NCBI GenBank assembly: GCA_001949185.1
Contig: BDGG01000002.1
Coordinates: forward strand, 7,740,448 to 7,804,447
Length of the DNA: 64,000 nt
Direction: 5' to 3'
Origin: Ramazzottius varieornatus
Taxonomy: Eukaryota; Animalia; Tardigrada
Within the stretch, counting starts at the first letter, position 1; every line of letters begins with the position of its first letter. Shown here one piece after another: positions 1 to 12,700 of the stretch. The notes beneath the pieces were generated by a model that saw only the letters and a list, made by a program, of their open reading frames with translations, did no database searches and had not been told where the DNA came from. Position numbers and translations under genes: made by a program.

Positions 1-40
1 GTACGTTTATTTCGGAAAATTCTTCTTTTCCGACTGACAG

Positions 41-1006
41 TATGGTCATCGAAGCGAGACCGTGTGGTAAGCTGAGCAGAAGCACAGATCTGGATGGTGG
101 TAGGAGCAAAGTGAGATTAGAGCAGTGGAAGGAAGCGCGGAGGGAAGACAGATAAATACTAGGTAAAGTGGCGGAAGGAAAGGTGTGAGAGGCGGCCACC
201 AATATCCGATCGCTGCTTCTGTTCGCAGTTTGCTTCGATTTGGCATAGCGCAGACAAGCCTTACCTGTGCTACTGTGCTCCTTGTTTTCAAGTAGAGAGA
301 CAATTGAACATGGCTTAACAAGCATTTTCTCCTTTCTTTGCAGAGGAAACAGCCTTGCCCGATGAATGTAATCCTATTAACGGTTTGCACCCATCAGTGG
401 ACAGCAATCTCAATTCACCGATGACCGAATACACTGAATACACTCCCGTGGCGAGTGAATATTCTGTCGGGGATGGCAGATTTCTGATAGCCAATAACGG
501 TAAGCGCCCAACGACTCTTCCGGCTTGTTTGTTTTGATCTTTTCGCCACACATCTCATTTGATAATAGGTTTTTGATACCACTTAAAAATTTCACGAATG
601 CTCTGCTGACGGTTTTTGATAACTGAATATTCTCGAATTGAGTGCATGTTTTCAAATATTGTTTAAGGTCGGCATACGAAACGAGTAAGAGTCTTTTTTC
701 AAGCGGCGCACGTTTTGATTGCCGTTGACTGCAAGCGTGCGCCACTTGGGATGACGATTGTGTGTTCCGTTCCATGTCAGACTTTTCTCTTCTGTATGCT
801 TTTATCATGGATTTTCTTGTTTTGCAGGTGGGACTTTTGGCGCTCTCGGATCTCAAGCTCGTTGCAAGAGCTATGGTGAATCTTTAGCTGAATCTCAGTC
901 TTTCGGAAATTACTTGACGCTCAAGCCGGCGCCAAATATTCAAAGCTCCTATTCACCCGTGCCGCAGCGCTCCTACTTGACCATGCCGCGAGTGACCAGA
1001 ATTTAA
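41..1006 (+). CDS. 3' end of a spliced gene entering from the left; low-complexity C-terminal tail with Tyr motifs (YTPV, YLTL, YLTM)
   Basis: Phase-compatible exons ~41-67, 344-499 and 828-1006 with GT-AG ends; translation ...CEETALPDECNP...YLTMPRVTRI*. Product not identifiable. Confidence 0.45.
696..758. repeat. Hairpin repeat family copy (intronic)
   Basis: CAAGCGGCGCAC...GTGCGCCACTTG. Confidence 0.7.
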
Positions 1007-2932
1007 GTGTCTTCTTTTCTGCTGCATTACCTGCCTACTTCTGTTTCTGAGTTATACTCTTTTACCTCTTAGTTGTATTACTTACTTGCATTTTTTGTGC
1101 AGAACGAATCTAATGCCAAAGCGTTGCCGAGTTTACGATTTCTTTTTTGTTGTGTTATAGCCATAGTTGGAATTTCTTGTTTTCCTGGACAGTATTTAGA
1201 AAATTGTAGGATGTACGCACAGGATAAACGTTGATTTCTTACACATACAGCTCGTTGTTGATCGAAGGCTCAAAGTTCCTACTGCAAACATACTAAAGAT
1301 TCGATACAGAATTTACTTTGTGGACAAGCTTGTTGAGAAAGTCCTTCGAGCGACAACTATTTGCGGCTTTACTGACGATCCTAAGTCACGGGCTTGGACG
1401 ATCTTAGGGGTGCACAGTTCGCCAGACTCAGCCGAGGATTTGTCCGGGCTTCTTATGTTACCTCATTTACCTTCTCTACACTTCCTGCCACGGCAAAATT
1501 TTCCGACACGGGGGCAGTATCCACCTGGCCGACAATGTCCAGACCGGCACTGCCAAAGTAAAGGACGCAATGCCGACAGTTACGTTTTACATGACATGCC
1601 ACCATATACAGCGAGAAGCGCCACAGCCTGGTCTCCAGAAGTAGATCCCCGACACGCATAGAATCCTACACAGTCGGGTGCGATACCCCGCGTGGTTCGA
1701 GATCTCTCGATTTCAGTTCGTGCTGCCGCTTAATCTGTCGGCCTTCGAAGAATGTGACCTTACGGAAATCAAGTTCTCCCACACGTTTGATTTTGATGAT
1801 CCAGAATCCCTACGTCGCTCAGCGGGTGGCCTCAAAGGGCGGCAAACCGACATCGTAATCGACACTGTATGACTTCGACCTAGTGTCTGAGATTCTACCC
1901 AACGACAATGGCGAGGACCATGATCGAAAGAGAAGCCTTTTTACTTGAAGAGAGAGTGGTACAGTATCTGCTGGCTAAATGCTTATGTAGTCTCGAGAGA
2001 GTTGATCATCAACCATTGCGACTTTTCTGTGACCAGCTCAACGGTCCGGTCTTCCGTGGTACTTTCAATCTGCCGGGCAGGGAGACGCATTGTGGTTCCC
2101 CCTGCTGCAGTTCAGATATTCCCGGCTTACAACGCTGGACCTCGACAGCCGATCAAGCGCAGTGCTGTTCCGTGCCGAATAAAAACTTCTAGAGATGATC
2201 AAGCAGCTTGTGGCACGCATGAGGTACTCGGATAGGTATCTCCTGGGGGAACGATTTACTTGCCACGTCTCACCTTCGATACCTGTAGGTACTGGGCGGT
2301 GGAACGATGGCCCAGAACGTCCGAGACAAGATTGTACTTCAGGTCGCGCCACTGTTAAAATTTGCGCACACGGCTCATTTCGCAGTGTTTTGTCGCGCTG
2401 GTTGGTCGCTAAAAATTCCGCATCCCAGCGTTTCGCCATTCTTCAGTCCTGGGTGAGTGGATTTCCCGAACTTGTCGTTCCAAGTACAGGACAGGTTTTT
2501 AGTCACCCAACGATCGGGTCAACTGGATGCAGCACAGCGCTTGCCCTAGAAAACTGGCGGGGAGTTGACTACTTTGCAAACTTGAAGGAAGGACCTGCGT
2601 TTTGAGGTTGGCTCTGTTGTTTCGGCTGACGTCAGCTCTGCATAATAAGACGTTAGAAATTTCATAGCTCGCCGGACAATATTCATGTACAGAGCTGCCA
2701 TACAACAGAGATCTTTCTGCATGCTCACCAGTAACCTAAATGTCCACATCATTGACAATAAAATCTTTAAATATAACAACTCTTCGCAGAAGCTAGTCAG
2801 TTTCACTGCAGAGAAACACTGAGCGTTAAAAAAGGTCAATCTGTCCGTTAACAAAGTCCGTACAAAGCCAAAACAAGCTACACAAAGCTGCTAACTCGGG
2901 ATCAAAGTCTATACTATACACGTTCTACAGTT

Positions 2933-5900
2933 TCACGTCAGAAAAGGGTTCGTCGAAGCTCCATCATTCCTTTGTACTTGCACCCAATCGGCATTGAAAG
3001 GATCGCTCCAGTCAATACCATTCACTGGCTGCTTCTGTACACCGCCATTCTGCGTTGCGGTAGAATGGCCATTCTGTACTGTGGAAGCTGAGTGATTGGT
3101 GTAGCCGTTGGTCATCACCCCGTTCACTGGAGGATGGACCGTTCTGGTGAACGGAGACCTCTCGGCGAAGCGCATGCGGGCTTCTTGGGCTGTTTCGTGT
3201 TGTCTGACAACAGGAAAGTGCACCGTGGTACTCTTTGGCAAGGGACAAGCTGCTGCATTGACAGTCTGGTCGCCAGCGCCATTGACCCCACTGCTGCCTC
3301 CGTTTGGAAGCTTTGCGTATTCATGACGAGTCGAGGAATTCAAATGACTAGCTGACATGGAACTCAGATCAAAAGACATTTGTTGACACAGGCGCGATAC
3401 CTCCTCCGTCATTTCTTCGGGCTCTTCCGCTAAAATGCTATCTGGCTCGTCGAGAATCGGCGTTCCGTCTTCCCACGTTGGCACTATGAACAACAAACAA
3501 GTTCAAACGCCTGTACTTCGAACCTAAGAACTCAAATCTCATCCAAAGCGAAGCTCGGCAAACAAACAGCAACCGTTTCTAGCACCTGCACACACCAGCC
3601 TCTATTTATAGCACGTATGTCACGTCCGCAGGTGCATGCACTCAACTGCGCATCACTACTCGCCTAGAAACTCTATCATTGACAAACTCATGCACCTGCA
3701 TACAATAATGCTCACTTTCCTATTTAATTATGTATATACATGCGTGACAGAACACCTACCGTTGTTATTAATCTCTCGTATTTTTGGTGCGACACTGGGC
3801 ACATCGAAAGACATCTGTTTTCGTTGACTGGCAAGCGTTGTAGGGACATCCCTGCTTTGCAGCGAGGTGTTCCTTTTGAAAGGAGTGGCCGAGTTGAGAG
3901 TGGAGAAGACCCTCAACGACTGTTGGCGTTCGAGCATTTGCGGCGTAACATGGGGCCGATCACGCATGTGAGGGTTGACGACGTTGCCAGTTGGAAGTGG
4001 CGGTGGCGAGGCCTGGCGACCTTCTTGTGGGTCCTTCATCCGTTCGATGATGGTGGAAGTCCGTGTGCAGGATCGGCGCACAAAGGTGGAAGCCGGAGTG
4101 GTCGACGCTGAGCGGGTTAGAGGCAGGCTGGAAGCGCTGCGCGGCGGCGTCTGGGTCACGAAGGGGCTTGGCGTGTGTACGCTGGCAATTTCCGTCTGTG
4201 ACATGGACTGCGGAAGAGGTTGGGAGGAGGAAGCAATTTCGCGGTCGCGTTTCTGCTTCTTCTCCAAGCAGATTTGGAAGGAACAACCAACCGCATGAGA
4301 CAGCCTTTCGCCCTATGAAGCAAATTAATTCATGAATATCCTATATTCGGTACTCAGATGAGCTCGCGTAGTTCCTTCGTACTGATCGAAACGCGAAACT
4401 GAAAAAACAACACTAGCAATCTTCTACTGAATGTCGCTGAACGACAAGCAGAATGAAGAAGACCAACGAATTTACAGAACGAAAATACGGTGAATTATTT
4501 ACGAAAAGTCACGGATGAGTTCGACCTAGAATTGAAGCCATTCTGAAATGTTTCGAAAAATTACATTTTACTTGAAAATGCGCAACTTGGGCTGAGAACT
4601 ACATTGAAAGGATATGATGCAACGTTGCATGCGCTCAGTAGGTTTTTTGTTCTTTGGGATTATTCTTTCAGGATACTGTTGTGCGTAAACAAGGAAAAGC
4701 CGCAAGAACTACAAAGCCGGCATTACCTCTATCATACACTCCCTACACTTACGGATTCGCGGACGGCGATAAAGCCATGACAAAGCCATCTTCTTGTCGC
4801 TCCATCGCGGCAAATGTAGGAAAAGCCTCGGTCGTGGTTCCGGTCTGGTGCGCAAAACGACACTTTTTCAATGGTCTGATCGACAATCAGTTGCTACAAT
4901 AAGAGGAAGAGAATTTCCGAAAGTCAGTCAAGTGCAAGGTGAAATATACATAAAGTTTGTATCGCCACTCGACACGCTTTTTCAGTGGCGTACTCTTTCA
5001 ATATCATTTCCCACTTACAGAGCTCGTCGCATCGACCACACGCAAGCCGTCTCCACTGATGTGCAACACTGCGCGCTGTGACTTCCGCGTAGAATGCTAC
5101 CAAGCACAGAAAAAGATAGTAATCACACACCATAAGCATCCAGAAGAAAAAGCGGATAAATGTCAACAATTGAGACAAAAGTCGGGCGTCGGCAAATGCA
5201 TCCTCCCAAATCCTTTCCCCACCGACGCGCGTTCTCAGCTAACAACGCTGTCGACGTGCGCCACTTGGAAAGAATAATCAAACTCGGCCCGATCGTTTTC
5301 CCAAGTGGCGCACGCTTTCAGCCAGAAAAACGGGAAGCGTGCGTCACTTGGAGAGCGATTTCCCGACGGATTGAATACTTACGCGAAGTTGTTTTAGCGC
5401 TTCTTCGCAAATTTGCATGCCTCTTGACTCGAACACTTCCACACATCCCAAGTACTGCAAAAATAAACAAAAAGGCACTTGCATAAGTTTATCGTACAGT
5501 TCAAGGTCGCTGCCAACAAAAATACTGCGTTCAGCGGGTTTTCATAGTCTTGTAACAGAACACGGAGTGGAAAAAACGCCCTTTCCAAATTAGCGTAATT
5601 TACTGTACGATAATGCTTTCCTTCCCTGTCATCCCTAAACTACACCCATGACCGCAATGCTTGAGCTTGTCTTAAAAATATCCAGATTGATTAACCATGT
5701 AATCCGATCGTAAACGGTAAACCCATTACGAAAGAAGATCCACAATCTAGTATTGAAAAGACCATTTAAATCAATTGCAATAACAATCAATCGAAGCGCT
5801 TTCATATCGTTTTCAATCTTTTCATTTTCCTTTTCCATATCCTGTGAAAATTTCCTGGAAACTCTTTTCGTGCCTATAGATAACAGAACTACCGACCGGA

Positions 5901-6352
5901 TGATTAGTCTAACTTGGTCCCTCTGCTGACGTAAGTAATATTATCAGAAAAAGGAGCGGCGCAAGGGAATGAAAGGAAGCGCGCAGCGTCTCAGATCGAT
6001 GAAGCTGTGCTTGGGGAAAGTAATGCAAGCACATCAATCGTACTGTTGCCGTTCGGTGGGTATATGCTCAACGCAAAGTGTTTTATGGCTTGGCTAGTGG
6101 GTGACAAGGTCACCGGAGAGCATCAGACAGGCTGAATCCCATTAGGGAACACAGCCGGAGATGAGGGCAGAAAACAAAGCTACAAGGATGGACGCATACC
6201 TTGACTTGGAAGGAGCAGTTTCCAGCGCGCACAGCTGTTTCGTCGTTCTGCCATTGCGGTGGTTGTGTTGTGTCGGGCAAGGATGTCGAGGTAGACGGAC
6301 TCTTCTTCGAACGACGAAAACTTTGGCGAAGGCTTCGTCGAAGACGATCCAT
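2933..6352 (-). CDS. numb: Numb (PTB-domain endocytic adaptor)
   Basis: Spliced exons give [33 protein letters not shown] / [21 protein letters not shown] / [15 protein letters not shown] / [30 protein letters not shown] / [12 protein letters not shown], with C-terminal DPF and NPF motifs: canonical Numb. Confidence 0.95.
5213..5370. repeat. Two tandem hairpin repeat copies in a numb intron
   Basis: TTTTCCCAAGTGGCGCAC...GTGCGTCACTTGG. Confidence 0.8.
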
Positions 6353-6739
6353 GCTTTTACCTGAAAGCAAACATAGAATAACGACAGAGTACGAGATCCT
6401 TTGGTCGATCTGGCAAAGTGCGAGGCTACCGAGAGCAGACGGTGGCTGCTATATGGTTCACAATAGTGTGCGAACAAACATCCGACGTACTGATACGGGA
6501 TGATGCATAGCGTACTCTTAGGAGATCGGAATGAACGGGAGGAAGATCATGAGAGGAGACTCAGGAGAGAAAAAGAAATCAGTGCGAATGCGCAAGCTGA
6601 TGAGAGTACGTAGGATTCCAGATGCGAGCAATTCCACCATGATGAAGCTGGAAACTAGGGGAGGCTCCTACCATGTCCGCAAACGGAAGAATGAGTAGGA
6701 CAAATGTTCCTATGGGACAAATCGCCCTGATGGGATTTG

Positions 6740-7350
6740 AAGCCATTCCCACTCTCCAGCGGCTCCAACGCTGGTAGATCCCAATTCCAGGACACCTTTG
6801 TTTGTGTTTTTAGTCTAGAAGTTCAGATTGATCCAGATTCGAGAATACTATTTTTGGCAAGATCGTGATCCGAAACTCTTCAATCTTTTTTATCCAATCT
6901 TTACTGGCTTCAGTCTTCTGTAGTATAAAGGGCTCTGCAACACTATGGACTGTTTGACGCTACGGTGGAGTGCATGGAGCAAGGCACCAAAGGGAACAAA
7001 CGGCCAATAGACTGATTACCGCGACGTAAGCCGACGTTTTGACTTCTTCATCCAGAAGTTCCATTGGTCAGCAACAGGTAAGCTGTCGTAGTTCTCGTCT
7101 TGTTCTTGTTTGCATCGCTGATGCGATGGACGTGTTATCTATTCTTCCAGGCTCAACCCTGCCTTCCGTTGTTGTTGATATTTACATGAGAACCTGAGTC
7201 ATAAGCTAGCAAATAGGTAAGTTTACTTACGCATGCCATCCATGGTCGATGCTGTCCTTTGATCACAGGATGACTGGATGGGCTGACGAGGCAATCGGTC
7301 GGTAATCCAACTTTCTCTTGCAGGAAGTTCCGGGTATTCAGTTGAGCTCG
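6740..7350 (+). pseudogene. Possible decayed KCTD/BTB(T1)-domain gene fragment
   Basis: Broken frames contain DRDPKLFNLF and ALQHYGL, resembling KCTD DRDPxxF and EAxFYGL; followed by several GT-AG-bounded short segments; stops in all frames. Confidence 0.25.
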
Positions 7351-9712
7351 TGGAATGCAGTAGCAAAGATTACGGGAAGATGGATGTAGATTGAGGCACA
7401 GAAAAGCAAAGAGATTTCAATCGTGGTCGGCAGACAATCCCTCGCTGAGGTGGGTTCGAGTAAAGTTTCCTTATACATCGCCGCGTCGGAACGATGGGGT
7501 ACTGGTTTATCGGAAAAGAAGCACGTGGGGTCTGCTAAAGACACACAGGTAAACGCATAACACCTTGATCGAACAGTAAAACGTTACGCGGTGGAGATGG
7601 TTGGCACAGTTTCAGCTGTAACACGGTGGAGAAAACTCGAGACTGTAAAAGACTATAAGCTGAAGGAAACCAAGCGTCTACAAACTCGCATTCCGCAATC
7701 TTCAAAGTTTGTACGCTTTCTTTCGGTCGCTATTTCACTGTGAGCCTCGACACGTACTTTAGAATGTTGGTCATACTCATACATAGGTCAGACATGGCAC
7801 ACTTTTCTGACTAATGATGGACTGTATAACAGACGACGGCGCTAGATGAGTTCGGTTTTTGAGAATTCAGTGCTTTGGTCGAAGGTACCTCTACCCTTGG
7901 TTGACCACTTGAGTGCAAAAACAAAAAAGTCCTCTCCTGAACAATTGAGGAACACGCGGAGAAGCCGATATCTAAAGAAGCGAACTCACATAGTTTCATC
8001 GGTACGTATTTCTGTACCTGAGGAAATGAAATGCATACTCGTATGTGGCATGCAGTACCACATGCTGAGCATTCCGTACGTGGCTTTACGCCGTCTTCGA
8101 GCAATCAGGCTTGCTTTATCTGTCGAATTAAAACTGCCAATCGAGCTGCGATATGACTTACGGCAGCATAACCAATGTTTGCCAATGCTACAGTGTGGGT
8201 TTCTAAACTTGTTTCCGTACGAGTAAACGCAGGAGCTATCCGGCATCTGACGCAAATAGAAGCAGGATCGATCGTCAAACGCAAGCCATTTACATGCTCC
8301 GGGTCGCAAAAAGTACTTTATCTAGATAGTTTGCAAGTTCGAGATCGAGGAACCGCTTTCGGCTCTTCGGTTCCAGAAGAGAGGAAGTCGTGAGGCAGAT
8401 AATTTTGATCAGGTAGCCCGATGAATGTTGGGAACCGGTCTTGAATACTATGTCAGCTGATTGAGCGGCATCGATAACGCCAGAATTTGCCACTTGAATC
8501 CATACTCTGCCGACAGCGGTTAGGCAGTTCTTGTTACGATACTTTGTATCGTTCGCTTGAAATCGGCGACTGAACGTACGAGTATCTTGTTAATCTTAGA
8601 CCAGATAAGCAACTATAGTTGGCTGTGTGTATTTATGGCCATTTCTTTACCACAACGCAGCATTATCGCAACATTAGCGCATCATTTTGACACAAAATTG
8701 AAAAGTGGTGGGTTATTTATGGGCAGAAGAGCACCAATTTGGTTTGGTTTTTGTTCTGACCGATATTTTTTCTTGGGTGTTTCTATAGATTATTCTGATG
8801 AGCTCGATTGAGCATCAGCGAAAGCCTCCCGAACCGTTCATAAGCTTCATTTCCCGAAGTCCGTACTTTTTGTCCGTTGCGGCGCAGAAGTTTGCGACTT
8901 CACTTCCGCCCTGGAAACCCGTTCTGTGTTAATATTTGTCCATCATGGCCGTTATGTGGTGGTAAAAAGATCGGGTACTGTCAGTCTGCAGGTCAGTGGA
9001 AGATACTTTTCGGGAAAACTTCCTCGCCTCGGTCACGGATCTGCGACAGGATTATGCCTGTCCTGACATGCCGATGGTCAAACCGCCCCGACAGAACGAT
9101 AGAAGAGAGTTTTTCTAGAATCTGAGCTAGGTAACTACATACCGGAACGATCCTGGAACCAACTGCCGGACCCAGAAACGACGTCACAATGAGTTTGCCA
9201 CACATTATACCTGATGGTTGGTAAATGGTAATTGTACTGAAACTGCTGATTGTGTCATATTGTACATTTCTTACTTCACTTCCCAGTCCCGTAGTTTAAC
9301 TCTAGCATTGTTCCGGTCTGTAGCTACCTGGCGCAGATCCTGGAAGAAACTCTCGTCTACTGTTCTGTCGGGATAGTTTGACCATCGAGATCCCCTTGTT
9401 AAAAGCGACTGACTTCACATTTGAATAGAAGGGGGCGGGCCCAGGCGGAGCCATCAGGTGCGAAACGTCACACGCTCCGCCTTCTGTCCTATCGCAATGC
9501 CTGATGACTCCCGAGTCATTTCTTGACTGCCGGCACACTTCGGCAGGAAACGGCTGACATCAATCGATCCCATGATGGGCAAATATGGTTGTGACTTTAG
9601 CGTGATCGGATTCTTCCTGAGTTTCGGTCAGCAAAATTCAAAAAGTACGGGATTCGTGCAACGGAGCTTAGGGACGATCTCCGAGACGAGGGTTTCTCTT
9701 ACAGCGATCTGA

Positions 9713-12700
9713 ATGGCTTCAAGTTCCGCTCTTGTGACCATCAACAACGTGAAATATTCAGGTGTGTAAAAACGCGGATTCAAAGAGTGGTGTAGTCAAG
9801 ACTCAGAAAAACAACGGCTTCTCTTCTTTTATTTCGGACATTTTCTGTGACTAACTGCCACTGATTATTCCAGTTGGGGAAGCCTACTCGGATACGACAC
9901 TCAATCAGTTTCTTCGGAAGACTCTCGGTCTAACCGGAACCAAAGTGCTGTGTCGGGAAGGTGGATGCGGAGTCTGTGTGGTGTATGTCGAAGAGCCTGA
10001 TCCCAACCAACCAGGAAGTACCATCAAGCGCTCCATCAACTCGGTAAGTGTCTCGGCTCCATCGTCAAAGCAATTAGACGCTGCGGTCCTTATGATATTT
10101 TGTTTCAGTGTTTGTGTCCGATTCTTTCCTGCGACGGCTGGAACATCACCACGGTCGAAGGCACCGGAAATCAGAAGAAGCCGAGTCAGCTTCAGCAGCA
10201 GCTGACCAGCCACAATGGAACGCAGTGTGGCTATTGCACACCCGGAATGGTCATGAACATGCATGCGTAGGTTAAATTCACTTCAGTAATAAAGCGGGAA
10301 ATACGGTAACTTGGCGCGGTATTCTTGTTCACAGACTGACGAAAATGAGCGAAGGCCAAAAGCTGACAGAACAGACGGTCGAGAACTCGTTCGATGGAAA
10401 TATCTGTCGCTGTACAGGTACTGTCTCATCTGAAGCATTGCCGTTATCGACATTTTTAACACGGAAACAGTCTTCTTTTCGGTAAATTGTCACCGCGTAA
10501 TTTTTGTTCTAGGCTATCGGCCAATCTTGGATGCGTTCAAGACCTTCGCTCACGATTCCAAAAGCAAACTTCTGGATCTCGAAGTGAGTTTTCGAACTTC
10601 TTCGACTTTATGGTAGCTTCTCTTAATTTCGTTTCTGATAGGATGTGGGACTCAGTTTGCAGATCTGTCCCAAGAACGGTTCGCCATGTAGCGGTCGCTG
10701 TCATCACGAGCACGACTCCATAACCGAAGTCTTACCCACTCACGACCTCGGGGCGTCTTCCTCTTGGTACCGGCCAAAGAGCCTGGCCGAGCTCTACACA
10801 CTTCTCGAGGGTCCTTTGAAAGGCAAGAAGGTCTTCCTGGTCGCTGGTCACACGAGCGTGGGGGTGTACGACGATGGACCGTGTGACGCACTGGTCGACA
10901 CGAAGAAAATCGTGGAGCTGACACAGATCACGACCGATGCGACTGAAGGGGTGACTGTAGGAGCTAACGTTAGCTTGACTCACCTGATTCAAGTATTGAG
11001 AGAACCGGCCGCCAAGAACCCAGCACAATATCATTACATGGACGTTCTGGCGGACCATATCAGTAAAGTAGCCAGCGTACCTATCCGTAACGTAAGATAT
11101 CACCGTCTACTCTTCAGAACCGAGCTACAGCATCCGTTATTTTCATGTCATTCCTTTTACCATAGGCGGCATCGTGGACTGGCAACCTTATGTAAGACCA
11201 CACCTGCAACAAAAATTGAACTGCGAACTTCGGCGAACCAACTGGAAAAGGTCGTTTTCCCAGGCGGCGCACTGCGTCAGTGTTATTGACTGAAAGTGGG
11301 CGCCACGTGAAGAAATGCTCGTTCTGAGTTTGTTCACCGAGCTCCCAGTTAATTATTAACATTTAATTATCCTTTCCAATTTGGCAAATGAGTTCCTGAC
11401 GGTTTGTCTCCAGTTTTAGGTATCTTTCAGGTTGAAGCGGGCGCACAATGAGTTTCCGTCTGATGTCTTCCTGTGCTTTGAGCTGGCGGAAGCTGTCATC
11501 ACGATTGGTATGTCGTCCTCGCTTCTTTATAATGCTGGAGTTCGACAGGTCGTTTTTAAACCGGTGGTTTTCTGTAGGAAATAAGGACGGGACAAGTTCG
11601 GTTTCACCTAGTCAGCTTCTCACTACCAACTTCGACGACCCTAAGCAAGTCATCCTCAAGGCTACCTTTCACCCGAAACCTTCCAACGTGCTGTACCGCA
11701 CGTATAAGATTATGCCGCGTTCACAAGTAAGTTTTGATACCAGCTTGAGGTTAATTTAGTTGAAGCGAATGCTTAATCCTTGCGGAGCTAAAATATGATC
11801 TTTTAATGACAGAACTCGCACGCTTTGGTAAATGCTGGTTTCCGAGCAGAAGTGGACAGCTACCAGACGGGCAAGCGCATCATTCGCAGCATTGCCCTCA
11901 TCTTCGGCAACATTAATCCCAGCTTCATCTACGCCATACATACGCAAAAATTCCTCATCGAAGCCGACATGGCCGATCCAGCCGTCCTTCAAGGTAGCAC
12001 AATCTTCCATGCTGTTGATATTCAGAGCAGAATTGAAGGTACTAATCAGAAAGTGCTCACTCTGTAGGTGCCTTGGGCAGGCTACGGAATGAGTTACAGC
12101 CAAAAGCCTATCCTGCAGAACCAAGCTTGGAATACCGGACCAACCTAGCTTGCGCCCTTTTCTACAAGGTGCAAAAAAGCACAAAGTGGCAGCGCACCAG
12201 ACAAACTTGACAAGATCGTTTGATCGTTTCGTCGAACGGCGCACACTGTCAGATGATAACACTCTAAGTGTGCGCCACTCGTGAAATCGATCTTGTTGAG
12301 TTTGCTGTGGAGCTGCCATGTTTCCCTATTGTTAAAATCAAAGCTGCGTCGTCGTGTACGAGGGTACGATGTGATCCTAGTTCGCTTTGGAAATTCTGGG
12401 TGATGTGGCAGACCAACGGTATCGCTCAGCTGTGGGTCAGCTGGTCCGACCACTATCTTCCGGTCAGCAAGATTACCCCACCGAACCGAAGAATTACCCA
12501 CTAACTCTGCCCATACCGAAGCTGGAGTCTGTTGTTCAGTGTACAGGACAAGCAAAGGTAAGTGAAAGTAATAAGTGATACATCAGAAGGTGTTCACCTC
12601 CGAAGAACTACCGGCTGATATTGCAGTATATTTCCGATATGGATTCTTCGACCATGCTGCATGCCGCGTTCGTCTTGTCGGAACAAGGAAGCGCCGACAT

